Shown: positions 62,601 through 64,000 of the stretch, piece after piece
Position numbering within the stretch: the stretch's first letter is position 1
How the letters are laid out: the number at the start of each line of letters is the position of its first letter
NCBI GenBank assembly: GCA_945871105.1
Contig: CAMBUO010000004.1
Location: 2,131 to 66,130 of the forward strand
Direction of reading: 5' to 3'
DNA from: an uncultured Clostridia bacterium
Lineage (GTDB): Bacteria > Bacillota_I > Bacilli_A > RF39 > UBA660
Length of the DNA: 64,000 bases
Program-made: the position numbers and the translations under genes
The notes under the pieces: model-generated
The model's input: the letters and a program-made list of their open reading frames with translations, nothing else
Database searches by the model: none
What the model was told of the DNA's origin: nothing

Positions 62601-62976
62601 TAATATTATCTTGATATACTTTTTTACTAGGTAAATATCTTAAATAACCCATTAAATTAGTAATAACAATCTTTGGTTTTTCTAATAGTAATTCATTTAA
62701 AGTTTCTAATCTCGTTACTTTTAAATCAGGACTAATACTTAAAGCTTCACTAGTTAAAAAATCATCCATGGGAAAGAATAAAACATCATCAGTTAAAGTA
62801 GTTAAGTTATTTAAATAAATATTAGCTTCGGTTAAACTTGAGGTTACTAATAAAATACTTTTTTTCTCTTGATTGAATAATTGTTTTAAATAAAGACAAA
62901 AAGACTCATCAGTCATTCCTGATAAGCCAAGATTAATTTGATATTTTACTTGGAATAATTCATCTAGTTTCTTCAT
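59695..62976 (-). CDS. mfd: Transcription-repair coupling factor
   Basis: GDYVVH RID, GDVGFGKTEVA, DEEQRFG, TATPIPRT, QIRGRVGRS. Confidence 0.97.
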   Translation of the reverse strand: MKKLDELFQVKYQINLGLSGMTDESFCLYLKQLFNQEKKSILLVTSSLTEANIYLNNLTTLTDDVLFFPMDDFLTSEALSISPDLKVTRLETLNELLLEKPKIVITNLMGYLRYLPSKKVYQDNIINLKTGDEIDPKKLVNKLYDIGYKRETIVTTTGEIGVRGFIIDIFPVSFNHPIRIEFFGDEIDSIREFDEDNQKSIQELNEVVINPYTEFLLTNYTNLEETKRKQKYLPDYLKDTKNIEDYLNNPILVIKDYPQLNNYYLKMQEEIKTYQEQDDYQGKYMFSLDILDINKVIHYLSIDNLIPNHKFNNYIDFKIKSVPKFHENLDSINAYLKSNLELNKQIIICLKDYQIKNFTKYLDIPYLLTDTNNLSDILLNIIQYDFPKGFSYEDKIIITDKDLFNINTTKKKYKTKFKYATKIDNINKLEVGDYVVHSINGIGIYNGIKTLNVGDLKKDYLEVLYKDDDKLYIPVEKIELISKYSGKEGILPKINGLGSLEWKKNKQRIISKVRDIADKLIRLYAEREMKKGFAFSKDTKYHEEFYKEFMYTPTLDQLKAFEEIKKDMESSKPMDRLLCGDVGFGKTEVAFRAMFKAVYDNKQVLYLCPTTILSSQQYNSALERFKNFPVKIELLNRFTTPKKIKEILEGLSNGTVDIVIGTHRLLGNDIKPKDLGLLVIDEEQRFGVAHKEKLKQYKTNVDVLTLTATPIPRTLQMSIVGIRSLSVITTPPVNRYPVQTYVVYEQEQIIKDAIVKEMLRDGQVFILYNRVEKIEDKMNEIQKIVPTARIVVAHGQLTKVELENRMIKFINHEYDILLCSTIIETGIDIPNANTLIVYDADHFGLSQLYQIRGRVGRSNKIAYAYLLYPENKVLGEAAIKRLNVLKEFTELGSGYHIANRDLSIRGAGDILGSEQAGFMDTIGIDLYLKILNDEIKRLKGETIVEEEIKDEKPILNVTTHISDKYTTDSDLKIEIHKLISTIDSYDTLIKVKSEFEDRFGKVDSEIEIYMLEEWFEKLAKSIGIEKSIQTKDKVELTFDIDHSKNINGEELFMKAYKISRNFSFNYSNLRFHVTLTLKGLEKHFIYYLIDLFK

Positions 62977-63544
62977 TTATCCTCCAATTATTATTGTTAT
63001 ACTTTGACATTAAATCATTAAAAGGTAACTTTGTATAATCATTGATAATATTTAAAACAATCGGTTTAAGTTTAGTTAATTGTTCTTTTTCTAAATTATT
63101 AAATTTACTTAAAACATAATCTTTTATAGAGATTTGCTTATCTTTACCAACTCCTATTTTTAGACGTTTAAATTCTTCTGATTGAAGATTTAAAATGATA
63201 TTTTTAATACCATTATGACCTCCACCAGTTCCGTTAGCTTTAAGTTTAATTTTGGCTAATTCCATATCAATATCATCTTGTATTACCAAAATATCTTCGC
63301 TAGAAATTTTAAAATAATCAGCATATTTCTTAACTACTTCACCCGATAAATTCATATATGATAAAGGTTTTAAAAACATTATTTCTTCTTGATTTAAGAT
63401 AGTTTTCACATAAAGACCATTAAATTTTTCTTTAAATTTAAGATTTAGAGAATCAGCTATACTATCAATAAAATAAAAACCTATGTTATGTCTGGTATTT
63501 TGATATTCTTTTCCAGGATTTCCTAGTCCAACAATTAGTTTCAT
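62960..63544 (-). CDS. pth: Peptidyl-tRNA hydrolase
   Basis: LIVGLGNPG, TRHNIGF, YMNLSG, GGHNG. Confidence 0.97.
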   Translation of the reverse strand: MKLIVGLGNPGKEYQNTRHNIGFYFIDSIADSLNLKFKEKFNGLYVKTILNQEEIMFLKPLSYMNLSGEVVKKYADYFKISSEDILVIQDDIDMELAKIKLKANGTGGGHNGIKNIILNLQSEEFKRLKIGVGKDKQISIKDYVLSKFNNLEKEQLTKLKPIVLNIINDYTKLPFNDLMSKYNNNNWRINEETR

Positions 63545-63556
63545 ATAAACCTTCTT

Positions 63557-64000
63557 TCAATTAAATATTTCTAATATTTCTTTTTGATAACTTCCATCTT
63601 CATTATGAATATATAAAGAATCCATTACTTCTAAGCCATTTTTGCCATTTTTAACTGCTTTAATCATAAATAACTTCGATGATGAACCCTTTTTAGGATA
63701 AATAAACTGGATTTTTTTAGGCATTAAATTGTTACTTTTTAATAAATCTATTATTTCAATTAATCTTTCTGTTCGATGAACCATATAAAAAGAACCATTG
63801 TTTTTTAATAAATATTTAACTATTTTTATTAATTCTTCTAATGTTAAACTTTTTTCATGTCTAGCATTAGTTTTTATTTTATTATTATTTAAATAAGAAT
63901 TACCAGAAGTTTTAAAATAAGGAGGATTGGCTGTTATAATATCAAAGGTATCTCCTTCAAATATATTTTTTAAATTTTTAACATCTTCATTTAAAATAGT
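63557..64000 (-). CDS. tRNA1(Val) A37 N6-methyltransferase-like (YabB/TrmN6 family), 5' end outside window
   Basis: Frame open to the window edge: FDIITANPPYF...ARHE...MVHRTERL. Confidence 0.85.
   Translation of the reverse strand, partial: TILNEDVKNLKNIFEGDTFDIITANPPYFKTSGNSYLNNNKIKTNARHEKSLTLEELIKIVKYLLKNNGSFYMVHRTERLIEIIDLLKSNNLMPKKIQFIYPKKGSSSKLFMIKAVKNGKNGLEVMDSLYIHNEDGSYQKEILEIFN

Overview
Very AT-rich chromosomal segment of a low-GC Firmicute (Bacilli). It uses the standard genetic code, since prfB is present and TGA acts as stop. Reduced gene order and sporulation-locus relics suggest a genome-reduced RF39/Erysipelotrichia-like lineage, but this is inference. Almost all genes lie on the minus strand. 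The backbone is housekeeping: thiI-iscS, ezrA, ung, rlmH, walJ, dnaB, rplI, rpsR-ssb-rpsF, clpB with CIRCE, ftsEX, gap, clpP, whiA, trxB, lgt, uvrA, prfB with its +1 frameshift, dusB, ftsH, tilS, divIC, yabPQ, spoVG, tatD, metG with a Met T-box, spoVT, mfd and pth. There are four accessory blocks. (1) 38.4-43.6 kb, the best candidate for an undescribed system: an operon of four WXG100-like proteins, a signal-less tandem-SH3b protein and a helical-N-terminus/C39-like papain-fold protein, flanked by a membrane-anchored C39-like protein and a LysM lipoprotein, with no type VII ATPase or obvious immunity gene in the window. (2) A D-Asp ligase/FemABX/Asp-racemase cell-wall bridge locus with a catalytically dead half-racemase. 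(3) Two tandem TasA/camelysin-like SipW-class proteins. (4) An integrase-less XRE/Bro-N/Fic islet between mfd and spoVT, carrying a 42-bp tandem array and operator-like palindromes. Other oddities are a Rho_N-like tail on FtsH, a degenerate IspE and a terminator in the leader of a CarD-like gene. No rRNA, tRNA or CRISPR array was seen. All calls are by eye; no searches were run.
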